DNA of 60,032 nt, filler included, from 6 parts of 6 records of this genome joined end to end with filler, not necessarily neighbours in it, one strand, 5' to 3'; numbered from the whole stretch's first letter, positions 18,885 through 29,525 are shown. Made by a program: numbers and translations. Notes: generated by a model from the sequence alone, not told the origin.

Positions 18885-19560
18885 ATGAAAGACTCAAAAT
18901 TAACAAGCGGACCAGTTGGAAAAACTCTTTTTACAATGACGATCGGAATGCTTGTCGGACATGTCACCATGACGGTGTTTCATTTAACAGATACATATTT
19001 TGTCTCAAAGCTTGGAACTCGTGAACTGGCGGCAATGAGTTTTACTTTTCCGCTTATCATGCTCGTAAATCATTTTATGTTCGGACTTGGAATGGGTACG
19101 AGTGCCGTGATCTCAAAGGCGATCGGTGAAAAATCATTTGATAAGGTGAGAAGGTACACAACTGACTGTTTTCTTCTTGTGGTAGTGATCGGGGTTCTTC
19201 TTAGCTCAGTAGGTCTACTTCTTTCAAGGACAATATTTTCATCTCTGGGTGCGAGCGGAGAAACGCTTGAGCTTGTAATTGGATATATGACCATCTGGTT
19301 TCTGGGTTTTCCACTGGGAGCGATCCCGATGGTTCTAAACAATGCGATAAGGGCCACAGGTGACACAAAAACTCCGGGATTGATCATGGCAAGTGTTTCT
19401 GTTCTTAATATGATCCTTGATCCGCTTTTTATTTTTGGTATCTGGATCTTTCCTGAAATGGGAATTCAGGGAGCGGCTATTGCAACAATAATTTCAAGGA
19501 TAGTTTCAACAGCGATCGCATTTTCATATATGCACTTTAAGATGAAGATGTTCGATACGA
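18885..19560 (+). CDS. MATE family efflux transporter (3'-truncated by contig end)
   Basis: LTSGPVGK, DTYFVSKLG..ELAA, RATGDTKTP, NMILDPLFIFG, MGIQGAAIAT. Confidence 0.92.
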
Positions 19561-19660
19561 NNNNNNNNNNNNNNNNNNNNNNNNNNNNNNNNNNNNNNNN
19601 NNNNTTAATTAATTAANNNNNNNNNNNNNNNNNNNNNNNNNNNNNNNNNNNNNNNNNNNN
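19561..19660. other. Artificial contig linker
   Basis: N44-TTAATTAATTAA-N44. Confidence 0.99.
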
Positions 19661-20173
19661 AATTCTGAATCACAATACAATGGTGTTTCTCTTTACGCTG
19701 TTGGATCAGGTACAACTATCGAAAATGTTGCCGTATTGAATGGTTCGGATGATGGTATTGAATTTTTCGGAGGAACTGTTTCTGTAAGCAATCTTTACCT
19801 TGAAAACAACGAAGATGATTCGGTAGATTGGACAGAAGGATGGAACGGAACTGTAACCAATACATACATTTCTCATACTATCGCTGGTTTCTCAACTGCT
19901 TTCGAAGGCGATAAAATCAATAACAATCCAAATTTTATGAATGTAACGGCAATTTCTACTGTTGGTGGAACTGCATTACAATTCAAAAAAGAATCTGGAG
20001 CTACTATTACAAATCTATATTTAGAAGGTTACGATAAGAATATCGACATGAAAGATGATGGTTCTTTATCGAATGTTCAAATTGATGGAGCTAATGCTGA
20101 TGTGAATTCAGCATACAATTCAGGAACAAAGGTTGATATTTCGAGCTGGACTTGGAGAGAAGCAGAATTATAA
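19661..20173 (+). CDS. C-terminal part of a Bacteroidota beta-helix surface protein (DDGIEFFGGTV family)
   Basis: Frame open from contig start: NGVSLYAVGSGTTIENV...DDGIEFFGGTV...DDSVDWTEGW. Confidence 0.75.
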   Translation, partial: NSESQYNGVSLYAVGSGTTIENVAVLNGSDDGIEFFGGTVSVSNLYLENNEDDSVDWTEGWNGTVTNTYISHTIAGFSTAFEGDKINNNPNFMNVTAISTVGGTALQFKKESGATITNLYLEGYDKNIDMKDDGSLSNVQIDGANADVNSAYNSGTKVDISSWTWREAEL

Positions 20174-20195
20174 TTAGAAGTCACAAAACTATTTT

Positions 20196-20227
20196 AAAGG
20201 CAGATTCAAAAGAATTTGCCTTTTTTT
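20196..20227 (+). terminator. Intrinsic terminator
   Basis: ggcagattc-aaaa-gaatttgcc followed by T7. Confidence 0.75.
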
Positions 20228-20289
20228 ATCAAATTGTTCATCCTAGAATAAACTGGCATAAGATTGACATATTTATTAAAATGCGAAGG

Positions 20290-20679
20290 TTATTTCACAA
20301 TTTCCATTTTGAGTTGCTTCCAATAATCCAATCCTTCTTCCAGAGAGCAAACTTTAATTTTGTATTTTTTAAAAAGCATCTTCCCTGCTTCTATACTTCT
20401 TTCTCCATATTTACAATACAGTAAGTACACTTTCTCCTTTCCCAAAGAATCAATTATCTGAATTAATTTTTTCGATTCTTCAGCCAAAATTGCATTTTCG
20501 ATATGACCCTTTTTAAAATCTTTTTTTAAGCGAACATCAATTATTACGGCATTAGGATTTAACTTGGCTACTCTATTAAATTGTTTCGGACTCAAAACCT
20601 GAACTGTATCATTTTGAGAATATGAAACTTGCGTTAGGCAAATTAATAATGCAAATATCAAATATTTAAAAAAATTCAT
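20290..20679 (-). CDS. Exported rhodanese-like domain protein
   Basis: IIDVR...GHIENA, LYCKYGERS, LEEGLDYW; likely start ATG 20679 with a signal peptide. Confidence 0.85.
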   Translation of the reverse strand: MNFFKYLIFALLICLTQVSYSQNDTVQVLSPKQFNRVAKLNPNAVIIDVRLKKDFKKGHIENAILAEESKKLIQIIDSLGKEKVYLLYCKYGERSIEAGKMLFKKYKIKVCSLEEGLDYWKQLKMEIVK

Positions 20680-20728
20680 AAACCGGGTTTTATTAAGATG
20701 ATTCCTAATTAACGAATCAATTGTAATT

Positions 20729-21865
20729 CTATTCTTCTTCAATCCAGAAAAAATCAGACATGATATCATTTGAAACAAAAACACCATCATCACTAAGAAT
20801 AATAGAATTACCCTCTTTGCGAATATGATTGGATTGAATGTATTTTTCCGCCTTCTTAACACAATGTTGGAATAATTGTTCACCAAATTGTTCCTTTATA
20901 AGATTTAAATCCATTCCCCAGTAAGTTCTTAAAGAGGTTAAAACAAAATCGTTAAATCTATCATGAAAGCTCAAATCCTCTTTCTCAGAAAAGTCTCCGC
21001 CCTCATTTATTGCTTTCATATATTTATAATTGTGAGCAATATTCCATTCTCTTTCTTTTGTATTATAAGAGTGAGCCGATGGACCGATTCCTAAATATTG
21101 CTTTTGCTGCCAGTAACTTGAATTGTGACGAGAAATAAACCCTTCTTTACAAAAATTTGAAATTTCGTAATGTAAAAATCCATTCTTTCGAGCCGAATCA
21201 ATTAAGTACTTGAATTGTTCAAAACTTTCCTCTTCTTCCAATTCAACCAGTTGACCTTTTTCAAGTTTTTTTGCAAAAACTGTATTCGGATCAAACATTA
21301 AATGATAAGAAGAAATGTGTTGAATATCTAAATCAAAAACCAAATCAAGATTTTCCTTCCATTTCTCCATGCTCAAGCCAGGTACACCATAAATCTGATC
21401 TACTGAGATATTATCAAATCCAAAATCCTGTGCTCTGCGAATAGCATCAAATGCCTCTTTTCCAGTATGTCTTCTGTTCATAAGAATTAAATCTTCATCA
21501 TAAAAAGATTGTATTCCAACACTAAGTCTGTTTACAGATGATTTCGCTAATTTTTCAAGATAGTTTTTGCTTAAATCATCAGGATTAGCTTCTAAAGTTA
21601 TCTCGGCATCCGATTCTATATTCCAATATTTTGCCACTTCATCGATTAGCAATTGAATTTGCTCTGGCTGATAAACCGAAGGTGTTCCACCTCCAAAATA
21701 TATGGTTGAAACCGATTTTTGATCCAAATAATTCTTTCGTAATTCAAGTTCCTTTCTAAAACAAGTAAGCATATCAGCGGTTGCTTGCAAAGAGATACTT
21801 TTATGAAATGCACAATAATGACAAAGCTGTTTGCAAAAAGGGATATGAAAATAAACTCCTGACAT
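20729..21865 (-). CDS. hemW: Radical SAM heme chaperone HemW
   Basis: YFHIPFCKQLCHYCAF, YFGGGTPS, EANP, YEISNF, HNSSYW, GIGPSAHS. Confidence 0.93.
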   Translation of the reverse strand: MSGVYFHIPFCKQLCHYCAFHKSISLQATADMLTCFRKELELRKNYLDQKSVSTIYFGGGTPSVYQPEQIQLLIDEVAKYWNIESDAEITLEANPDDLSKNYLEKLAKSSVNRLSVGIQSFYDEDLILMNRRHTGKEAFDAIRRAQDFGFDNISVDQIYGVPGLSMEKWKENLDLVFDLDIQHISSYHLMFDPNTVFAKKLEKGQLVELEEEESFEQFKYLIDSARKNGFLHYEISNFCKEGFISRHNSSYWQQKQYLGIGPSAHSYNTKEREWNIAHNYKYMKAINEGGDFSEKEDLSFHDRFNDFVLTSLRTYWGMDLNLIKEQFGEQLFQHCVKKAEKYIQSNHIRKEGNSIILSDDGVFVSNDIMSDFFWIEEE

Positions 21866-22051
21866 ATTTTATATTTTTTTGCAAGGTAGAAGCATTTCTC
21901 TTATTTTCCACAATTATTACTCTACGAAATAAAGAATGCAATCATCAGAATATTTATAATGCAACAATTAATATAGATTCTCGTCTTTAAAGCAGACAAC
22001 AATATTAATCAACCAAAGTTTTGTAAAGATACTTTGCTAAAATATTATCAT

Positions 22052-22771
22052 ATGAAAAATTTCAAAAAACTAATTACTCCTGTTTTTATTCTGTTTTTCA
22101 GTTTTATTATCTCTATTCCTGTTTATGCTGATGGCATAAAAGGAAATGGAAATGTAAAATCTGAAGATCGAGAAGTAAGTAATTTTGATGCAATAAAAAT
22201 TAATGGAGCTTATACTATTTATCTTTCCCAAGATGATGATTACAGTCTTAAAATAGTAGCAGATGAAAATCTTTTAGATATAATCACCAGCAAAGTAAAA
22301 AATAATGTTTTGTATATTTCCAACGAAAAATCGATTTACAAATCAAAAGAATTGAAACTGTACATCGGTTTTAAACACTTGAGTAAAATAAAAGCCAATG
22401 GTGCTATTTCACTAAAAAGTGACCAGGTTTTACGATTCGATGAAATTGATATCGAAATAAATGGAGCTTCTTCAGCAGATCTTGAATTATCGGCAAATCG
22501 TTTGTCAATTGATAACAGTGGTGCATCCACAATTAAATTAGCTGGTAAATGCGAAGTGGTTGATATTGATATTTCGGGAGCCGGTAGTGTAAATGCAATT
22601 GCATTAAAAGCGGAAAAAGGAACCATTGACATTAGCGGTGTTGGTAGCGGAAAAGTATATGTTGAAGAAGAATTACGAGTAAGTATTTCGGGTATTGGTT
22701 CGGTAAAATACAAAGGTGAGCCGCGAGTAACAAGCGATATTTCCTTTCTGGGAAGTTTAAAAAAGTATTAA
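22052..22771 (+). CDS. Head GIN / DUF2807 domain protein
   Basis: GIKGNGNV..EDR.VSNFD.I, ADENLL, repeated ISG.GS motifs, GSVKYKGEP. Confidence 0.88.
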   Translation: MKNFKKLITPVFILFFSFIISIPVYADGIKGNGNVKSEDREVSNFDAIKINGAYTIYLSQDDDYSLKIVADENLLDIITSKVKNNVLYISNEKSIYKSKELKLYIGFKHLSKIKANGAISLKSDQVLRFDEIDIEINGASSADLELSANRLSIDNSGASTIKLAGKCEVVDIDISGAGSVNAIALKAEKGTIDISGVGSGKVYVEEELRVSISGIGSVKYKGEPRVTSDISFLGSLKKY

Positions 22772-22791
22772 AATAATACCTTTAAATAGTT

Positions 22792-22823
22792 AGGCTGGTT
22801 TCAATATGAAACCAGCCTTTTTT
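22792..22823 (+). terminator. Intrinsic terminator between convergent genes
   Basis: aggctggtttca-ata-tgaaaccagcct plus T-tract. Confidence 0.8.
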
Positions 22824-22824
22824 A

Positions 22825-25800
22825 TTATTCCTCTTTTTTATATCCAATAATAACATTTGAAACAGCTCTAGGTTCGGGAGGAAGAGAAAAAATATTTCTT
22901 TCGTAGTTCGAATTGTACGGCGAAATGTTCAATGTTTTTCCATCAACCACTAAAGTTGAACTGCCTCCTGGATCGAACCCCATCGCTTTTTTTATATTAT
23001 ATTTTTCTAAAATACCAGCCATATCGAAATGAGTTGCACCAACCGATTCTCTAATTCTTCCGTTAACAGTTAAAACATACAAATCTCCTTTATCATCTAT
23101 TCCAACTGCAATTTTTGGTCCTCTCATATCTGTAAAATCCAGGCGCGCAGCCTGTGTTTTTATCGAATTGGCTTTCTTCCAACCTTCCGTTTTCATATCC
23201 AGACATTGCTTGCCATTATTTAGTAACATTGGTCCTGCCTCTACTGCATGCAATACATCTTCTAATCCATTTATTGATATTTTTAATTGATCACCAACAT
23301 TAATTCTAGTATCTTCAATTTGCGATTTCGGAATACACAAAGTTAAACCCACAGGTATTTGTCGAATTGATTCTTCCCCTTCAATTACTTCCTTTACTGT
23401 ATTTCCTGCCAATCGATATAAAAGACAATTTGTAGCTGGTATAAATTCCTTTTCGTACATTAAATCGAAATATGAAACTTCATTAGCATTCCAATTGTTG
23501 TAATTTTTAGCTTCAAATTTAATCTTACTATTTCCAAATTCAACTTCAATTCCTTTGTACGAATTCACTCTGATAATATCAAGTTTACCTGATTTGTATA
23601 TCAATAGTGCTGGCTTATTAAAAAGCGGAGCACTCAATGTTTCTCCATTCGATATTAACAATCCTAAAGGAGATCCTATATATGATTCTGGTAAGCCTAA
23701 TTTTCCAACTAATTCAGGATTTAAAATATATCCTCCATTCCATGCAATCCTGGCTTTTGCTTTATTGCTATTTTCAAAATCCTTAACAAAATCAGTTACT
23801 CTTTTTGTTTTTAATGCACTTAAAGCTGCAAACTCCCATGCTTTTATATCATCACTCACATTTGCCTTAGCCAAAATACCATTCCACGGAAAACCATCTT
23901 TGTATTTACCTGTAACATAAGCATACTCAACATCAGATTTTATTTCATCTTTTGCTGATAATTTATCTAAAACCTCTTTTAAAGGCGAACCATTTAATTC
24001 TGCATCCTCTTTTATTATTCTGTAAACTTCTTTTTCTCCCAATTTATCACATAAAGATTTAAACTGATCGGAATGCAATAACAAAGAAAAATCTTTCGAA
24101 GTTTGAACTGGTGTTGGATAAGATATTGTAGTTCGAACGCCAGCAGGAGCAAACTGAATGTAACCTGTATTATTCGGTATTCCCATAATATTTGCTGCCA
24201 ATTCGGTTGTAACCTTACCAATATGAAAACGATCAATATTTAAGATATCTGTCATGAAGGCAGCATTTCTTCTATTAGAAACTAAATATCCATTCTTCTC
24301 CATTATCGAGCGTAGAATAGATAGAGGCTTCTCTCCCATTTGTGGTATATGAATTCCCACTGTTAAAGAATTTATAGACACAATTTGAAGGATATTTTCC
24401 TCATACAAAAGTTTCAATTCCTGATCGAAACCAGATTCAATAAATTTTCTTATATCGGTAGCTGTAGTCCAATTTGTTAATGCTTTATCTGGAGCAAAAA
24501 CATAAACTTTGGCCAATTTTTTACTTTTAATATCATTTATAGAAACAGCTTCGTGCATTTCTATACCTAACCTATTTTTTATTGAATTTAAAATAAAATA
24601 CTCCAATTCATATTTAATATATTTACCCGGGAAGTATGCCATTGGAACATTCAAATTCATTCTTTTAAACAAAAATTCTCTATCGTCGATACAAATCACC
24701 GATGATGATGTAAGTTGAGAAAGTGCCAATTTTTTATCTAAGAAGAATCGTGAACTTCCACTTACCTTTCTGCCAATACTTGGTGGAAGAAGTTTTGATT
24801 TTAAAAGATTAACCATTCCAGACAATTCCTGATGTGTATAATCGTGAAATGGATAGTAACTTTTATTACGATGACGATAAGTAAATGAATGATCATGTCT
24901 GATATTAATTTCACCTTTACGAACTGAAAATATATTATCAATAGCATTGTAAAATTCATGAATCATTTCCATACTCATTTTATCAGTATCGGGATGATCG
25001 GTAATTTGTCTTTTGGCAAAATAAAAAGTTCCTCCTCTAATTTTTTGTGCTTCACTTCTAAAAAAACTCGGATCAATTAAAGATTTTAAATAAAGCATAA
25101 ATCCCAATCGACCGTAACCAGGCAAATAATGACGATTTTCAGTTTTCAAAAGTGCTTTAACATCATCATTAGTGTAATTAACTTTATCCCGATAACTTTC
25201 AAACACATCACTAACAAGTTTTAAACTATTCGAATTTGGTTTTAGCTGGTAGTAAAGTTTCTTGACAATTCGATCGATACCTAAATTAAGAGAAGCTATA
25301 CTGTATCTATTTTCTAATACTCTTTTATTATGCGTCACACTTCGATGATGAATATGTGGAAAAAATACTTTTTCGATTACCTCATTCACATGTGAATCTA
25401 AAATAGTTCTTCCTCTAAATTCAATCACCTGTAATCTATCTGCCTCCGGTAAATGCTCGCCAATTACCTCCGCATAAACATTCTCTGGTTGATATCTTCT
25501 GCAAAAAATAGGTACTCCTGCAGCTGCAGCTTCAAGAATAGGTAAGCCTCTACCCTCTGTTTTCGATGGCAGTAATATTAAAGAAGATATGCTGTACAGT
25601 TCTGGTATTCCTATCGGATTCTCAAATTGATTTTTAAACCTTTTTTTATCTGCTTCACTAAAAAGAAAACCCAAATACACTCTTTTTCTAAATTCTTTAT
25701 CAATACTATTTAATAATATCTGAAAGCGTTCCAATAATTTTTGAAAATATGGGTACTGTCCCAAAGGAATTGGTCCAGTTATTAAAACAGTTATTTTTAA

Positions 25801-26988
25801 ATCAGAAGATTCTCTAATTTTATCTTTTAAACTATCAACTTTAAGCATTTTTTGAATCAATTCGAAGCCCAATTCGATTCGCTTTCTTGATATAACACGA
25901 GTTGGCTGCAGAAAAATAATATTCTCGGATAAAAATTTATGCATTGCTTTGGTCTTGTATCCAATGTAAATGGGTTCCGGATTTTTTTTATCTACCAATT
26001 TATAATCTAAAACATCCTTAACAGAATAACTAATGAGAGCTACTTCGTTGTAACGACTAAGCATTTTTTCCATCTGATACATGGACTCAATTTGCTTTCT
26101 TTTGTTGATATTTGAATATTCCGAGCTATCTACAGCTGTGCCAATTTCAGTTACATTGGCAGGGTTGTGTCCTTTGGTATTAATTAAATATTCCGATTGT
26201 TTTCTATTGATATTAACATTAATCCAGGAACGAGACTCCCATGGAAAAAGAACTTCCAATTGTGAAAAAAATTCTCCCAAATGAGAATTCAAATAGAAGA
26301 AATCTCTCGGACCTTTTTTTAATCCTTTTACCTCTTTTTCAATTTCAGAATTTCCTCCTTCCCAATAAAAATCATGATTATTATTTATTACCGGAATTCC
26401 CATAAACTCGGACACTAAAATACAAGCCAATGCACTCGATACGTTTCCCGGATTAGAACAAACATTAATCAAATACAACAATCCAATAGTATTTTCCTCT
26501 ATGTATTTTGATAGTTTCGAACAAATAAGAAGAACCTGATTCCAAAATTTTGTTATCAAATCATTGTACTCTTTACTCCCTCTTTCCAGTTTTGTAAAAA
26601 AGAAATCTTTATACAAATCCCAATCATCAAAAGCCTGCATTTCATCAATGGCAAAAGTTTTTGATTCTGAATCAATTATTTTCGAAGCTTCAGGATAAAA
26701 CTTTCCAGCTATATAATGTATAGGTAAATGATCTCCAAAATTTCCTTTGAACGATTTGGCGTACTTTTCGACTTCAATACTAACACCATCAATCGAAAAA
26801 TAAAAAGTAATAAAAGCCATTCCTTTACTTCCAATATCACTTTTAAAATTTGAAAAAGATTCTGAAAATTCAACGACCGGAATTGGTTTGCTCTCTTTAA
26901 AACTATCAATAAATAGACCTAAATCGAACCAGGTATATATTTCTTCATTACCCAATAATTTCATCATCTCAGCTGCTGACATTTTCAT
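22825..26988 (-). CDS. Large fusion: GT4-type glycosyltransferase + unknown central domain + phosphodiester glycosidase (NAGPA-like) domain
   Basis: N-terminal DGVSIE, HDFYWE, QPTRVISRK, PSKTEGRGLPILEA (E-x7-E); C-terminal NGGY, AGPMLL, GPKIAVG, VNGR, FDPGGSS, RAVSN. Confidence 0.8.
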   Translation of the reverse strand: MKMSAAEMMKLLGNEEIYTWFDLGLFIDSFKESKPIPVVEFSESFSNFKSDIGSKGMAFITFYFSIDGVSIEVEKYAKSFKGNFGDHLPIHYIAGKFYPEASKIIDSESKTFAIDEMQAFDDWDLYKDFFFTKLERGSKEYNDLITKFWNQVLLICSKLSKYIEENTIGLLYLINVCSNPGNVSSALACILVSEFMGIPVINNNHDFYWEGGNSEIEKEVKGLKKGPRDFFYLNSHLGEFFSQLEVLFPWESRSWINVNINRKQSEYLINTKGHNPANVTEIGTAVDSSEYSNINKRKQIESMYQMEKMLSRYNEVALISYSVKDVLDYKLVDKKNPEPIYIGYKTKAMHKFLSENIIFLQPTRVISRKRIELGFELIQKMLKVDSLKDKIRESSDLKITVLITGPIPLGQYPYFQKLLERFQILLNSIDKEFRKRVYLGFLFSEADKKRFKNQFENPIGIPELYSISSLILLPSKTEGRGLPILEAAAAGVPIFCRRYQPENVYAEVIGEHLPEADRLQVIEFRGRTILDSHVNEVIEKVFFPHIHHRSVTHNKRVLENRYSIASLNLGIDRIVKKLYYQLKPNSNSLKLVSDVFESYRDKVNYTNDDVKALLKTENRHYLPGYGRLGFMLYLKSLIDPSFFRSEAQKIRGGTFYFAKRQITDHPDTDKMSMEMIHEFYNAIDNIFSVRKGEINIRHDHSFTYRHRNKSYYPFHDYTHQELSGMVNLLKSKLLPPSIGRKVSGSSRFFLDKKLALSQLTSSSVICIDDREFLFKRMNLNVPMAYFPGKYIKYELEYFILNSIKNRLGIEMHEAVSINDIKSKKLAKVYVFAPDKALTNWTTATDIRKFIESGFDQELKLLYEENILQIVSINSLTVGIHIPQMGEKPLSILRSIMEKNGYLVSNRRNAAFMTDILNIDRFHIGKVTTELAANIMGIPNNTGYIQFAPAGVRTTISYPTPVQTSKDFSLLLHSDQFKSLCDKLGEKEVYRIIKEDAELNGSPLKEVLDKLSAKDEIKSDVEYAYVTGKYKDGFPWNGILAKANVSDDIKAWEFAALSALKTKRVTDFVKDFENSNKAKARIAWNGGYILNPELVGKLGLPESYIGSPLGLLISNGETLSAPLFNKPALLIYKSGKLDIIRVNSYKGIEVEFGNSKIKFEAKNYNNWNANEVSYFDLMYEKEFIPATNCLLYRLAGNTVKEVIEGEESIRQIPVGLTLCIPKSQIEDTRINVGDQLKISINGLEDVLHAVEAGPMLLNNGKQCLDMKTEGWKKANSIKTQAARLDFTDMRGPKIAVGIDDKGDLYVLTVNGRIRESVGATHFDMAGILEKYNIKKAMGFDPGGSSTLVVDGKTLNISPYNSNYERNIFSLPPEPRAVSNVIIGYKKEE

Positions 26989-27114
26989 ATCTCACATTTT
27001 CAGTTTAACAAAATTTCAAATACAATTTAATTTACGAAATTCTGATAAGGTGATCAAAAACGTCTTGCTAAAATCATTAACTAAAAAGAAACTTGTTAAC
27101 TTAAATTAGCTTTT

Positions 27115-27122
27115 TAACTTTG
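27115..27122 (+). promoter_or_regulatory. Bacteroidota -7 promoter element (TAnnTTTG)
   Basis: TAACTTTG ending 18 nt before the vanZ ATG. Confidence 0.6.
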
Positions 27123-27140
27123 CTATAAACAAAATTTAAT

Positions 27141-27569
27141 ATGAGATTTAAACCCTTTTGGAGAAATATAATTTGGGCGGTCGTAATTTTTATACTTTGT
27201 GCTGTTCCCGGCGATGAATTGCCAAAAACAAATGTAATTCACATTCCACATTTCGATAAAATTGTTCATTTCGGAATGTTCTTTATTATGGGTATTTTTC
27301 TAATGGCTGAATTTAAAATACAAACCAAATTAAAAAGAAATGCCATTCTAATTATCTCCATTCTACTTATTGGAATTTATGGAGGTGCTATTGAATTTTT
27401 GCAACAAAATTATTTTATAAACCGAAGTGGTGATTATATGGATTTACTTGCAGATATTCTTGGTGGTACTACTGCAATAATTTTATATCCTTGGCTTAAA
27501 AAACAAAAAGACCTGCTTTTAGATAGCAAGCCTTTTAATAAAATATCTTTTCTAAAGAAAATATTATAA
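27141..27569 (+). CDS. vanZ: VanZ family protein
   Basis: DKIVHFGMF, IEFLQ...RSGD..DLLADILG. Confidence 0.88.
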   Translation: MRFKPFWRNIIWAVVIFILCAVPGDELPKTNVIHIPHFDKIVHFGMFFIMGIFLMAEFKIQTKLKRNAILIISILLIGIYGGAIEFLQQNYFINRSGDYMDLLADILGGTTAIILYPWLKKQKDLLLDSKPFNKISFLKKIL

Positions 27570-28007
27570 ACTGATGTATTCATCAGAACTTTCCATTTCT
27601 GAAATTAATTGTCCTATTGTTTTACCTTTAAATAGGTCATAAATTTGTTGTCTGATACTTCCAAACTGATTATGAACCGGACAAGGAGGTTGTTTACTAG
27701 CACCTGATTTGCACGGACGCATACCAATCAAACAATTTTCAAACATATCCAAACCATCCACAATTTCAACAATATTCATTAATGTAATTTCCGTAGGTTC
27801 TTTTCCCATACCAAAACCACCATGAGGTCCCTTTGTTGAAGTAAGTAATTTTTGTCTAGCAAGACTTTGTAGAATTTTGCCTAAGAAGGGAGTTGGAATC
27901 TCTAATTCTTCTGATATCTTTTTAATTCCAATTTTTTTTCCATCCTTTGCATTTATCGACAAATAAATCACTGAACGAATTGCATATTTACAAGTATTCG
28001 ATAACAT
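27564..28007 (-). CDS. Rrf2 family transcriptional regulator (3 Cys, possible Fe-S)
   Basis: FLGKILQSL, STKGPHGGF, CLIG..PC......CPVH. Confidence 0.93.
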   Translation of the reverse strand: MLSNTCKYAIRSVIYLSINAKDGKKIGIKKISEELEIPTPFLGKILQSLARQKLLTSTKGPHGGFGMGKEPTEITLMNIVEIVDGLDMFENCLIGMRPCKSGASKQPPCPVHNQFGSIRQQIYDLFKGKTIGQLISEMESSDEYISL

Positions 28008-28141
28008 CTTTAATATTTAATTTTACTCTCACATTTATCTAACAATCAGGACAAATATAATAATTATTACTACTAATTACGCATCTTTTATTCTTTAATT
28101 CCTTATTTATTATGATTCTGTTTATAGTCTATAACAGGCTA

Positions 28142-28579
28142 TTATAAAGGAATTTTGTCTATTCTTTTTTGATGTCTTCCTCCTTCAAATTCTGTTTTAA
28201 GAAAGATATCTGCAATTTCCTCAGCTTCATCATAAGAAATAAATCTTGCCGGAATACCACATACATTTGCATTATTATGCGTACGCGCCAATTCAGCAAT
28301 TTCAGAAGTCCAGCATAAAGCAGCTCTTACTTTTTGGTGTTTATTTGCAGTCATTGTAATTCCATTACCACTTCCACAAATTGTAAACCCAAAATCAAAT
28401 TCGTTATCATTAACAGCTGCCGCCAATAGATGGGCAGTATCTGGATAATCCATACTTTCCTCAGAATTTGTCCCAAAATCTTTTACTTCATATCCTTTTT
28501 TAGATAGAAATTCGACTAGTTTATTCTTGTATTGAAAACCTGCATGATCACATGCTATTGCAACTTTAATCTTTTTCAT
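28142..28579 (-). CDS. rpiB: Ribose-5-phosphate isomerase B
   Basis: DHAG, DYPD, CGSGNG, ARTHNNAN, FEGGRH..R. Confidence 0.96.
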   Translation of the reverse strand: MKKIKVAIACDHAGFQYKNKLVEFLSKKGYEVKDFGTNSEESMDYPDTAHLLAAAVNDNEFDFGFTICGSGNGITMTANKHQKVRAALCWTSEIAELARTHNNANVCGIPARFISYDEAEEIADIFLKTEFEGGRHQKRIDKIPL

Positions 28580-28699
28580 TTTGTATTTTTTCGGAAACTG
28601 ATTAGCATTAAATGTTTGTTATTCTACTAATATTTTGGCTTACAAAACTAGTAATTTTAATTGGTGGTTGAGTAAAAATCTCGTAATGATCGATAAATT

Positions 28700-29230
28700 A
28701 TAACTACAATTGTATTTCACTCTTATCAACGAATCTATTTAGATATGAATTGCTAATTATCAATATTTTAAATTAGCATTTGTAGTTTATCAACAGAATT
28801 GTTCACATTTAGTTAACATACTGTTGATTTTTCCTTATTAAATTTTCCAATCTTTTATTTGCATAGAAGAAAAACCTATTTGTATAGGAAAATAATACAG
28901 CCTAAACAATTTTATTTTTCACCTATCAATTCTATTCTTTAAACGAGTTTTCAACAACATGTTAATATATATCAAAGGTATTTTTATCACAATTTACACT
29001 TATCAACAACTTGTTAATAAAGTCTAAATTCATCTAATAATCAAACTCCCTAAATTAACAATGCTTGTTAATTTCTTGTTATTAGACTCATTCTTGAATC
29101 ATTTACAACTAAATTTGAAATCTCTTACCAACAGTATTAACAGGATATATTAATTATCTTATTTTTTAGAAATTTAAAAAAAGGAAATAATAATATTAAG
29201 GGTGTTGATAACAGTAATACTATACTAAAA
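28700..29230. promoter_or_regulatory. Candidate replication origin (cluster of TTATCAACA-type DnaA boxes)
   Basis: Perfect TTATCAACA at 28787 and 29000 and on the reverse strand at 29203; one-mismatch copies at 28723, 28757, 28948, 29012 and 29125; ~750-nt AT-rich intergenic region. Confidence 0.65.
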
Positions 29231-29329
29231 TTTAATATTTGGTAATTGATGGAATAGTTAATGAGTTTAGTTAAATTTTGTAATGATTTTGTTATCTTGC
29301 ATGCTATTGAAAAATCCACACCTATAAAC

Positions 29330-29525
29330 ATGAGTTGGGAAACAAAAAACTATTCTATCCTTTTAGTTGAAGACAATAAGTTAAATCAAACAGTCGTAAA
29401 ATTTACACTAAAGCGATTTGGTTATTTAATTGATGTTGCCAATAATGGAATTGAAGCTGTAGAAAAATATAGAGAAGGAGAGTACGATTTTATTTTGATG
29501 GATATCATGATGCCTGAAATGGATG
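29330..29525 (+). CDS. Response regulator receiver domain (truncated by contig end)
   Basis: ILLVEDN, ANNG.EAV, ILMDIMMPEMDG. Confidence 0.88.

Noticed and set aside
19561-19660. ORFs ending in X...LIN, and the TTAATTAATTAA motif as a biological repeat
   Set aside because: Artificial linker; the ORFs 18846..19616, 29261..29581 and 29578..30606 are simply truncated at contig ends.
20680-20886. N-terminal extension of the rhodanese ORF overlapping hemW
   Set aside because: ATG 20679 gives a clean signal peptide and removes the overlap.
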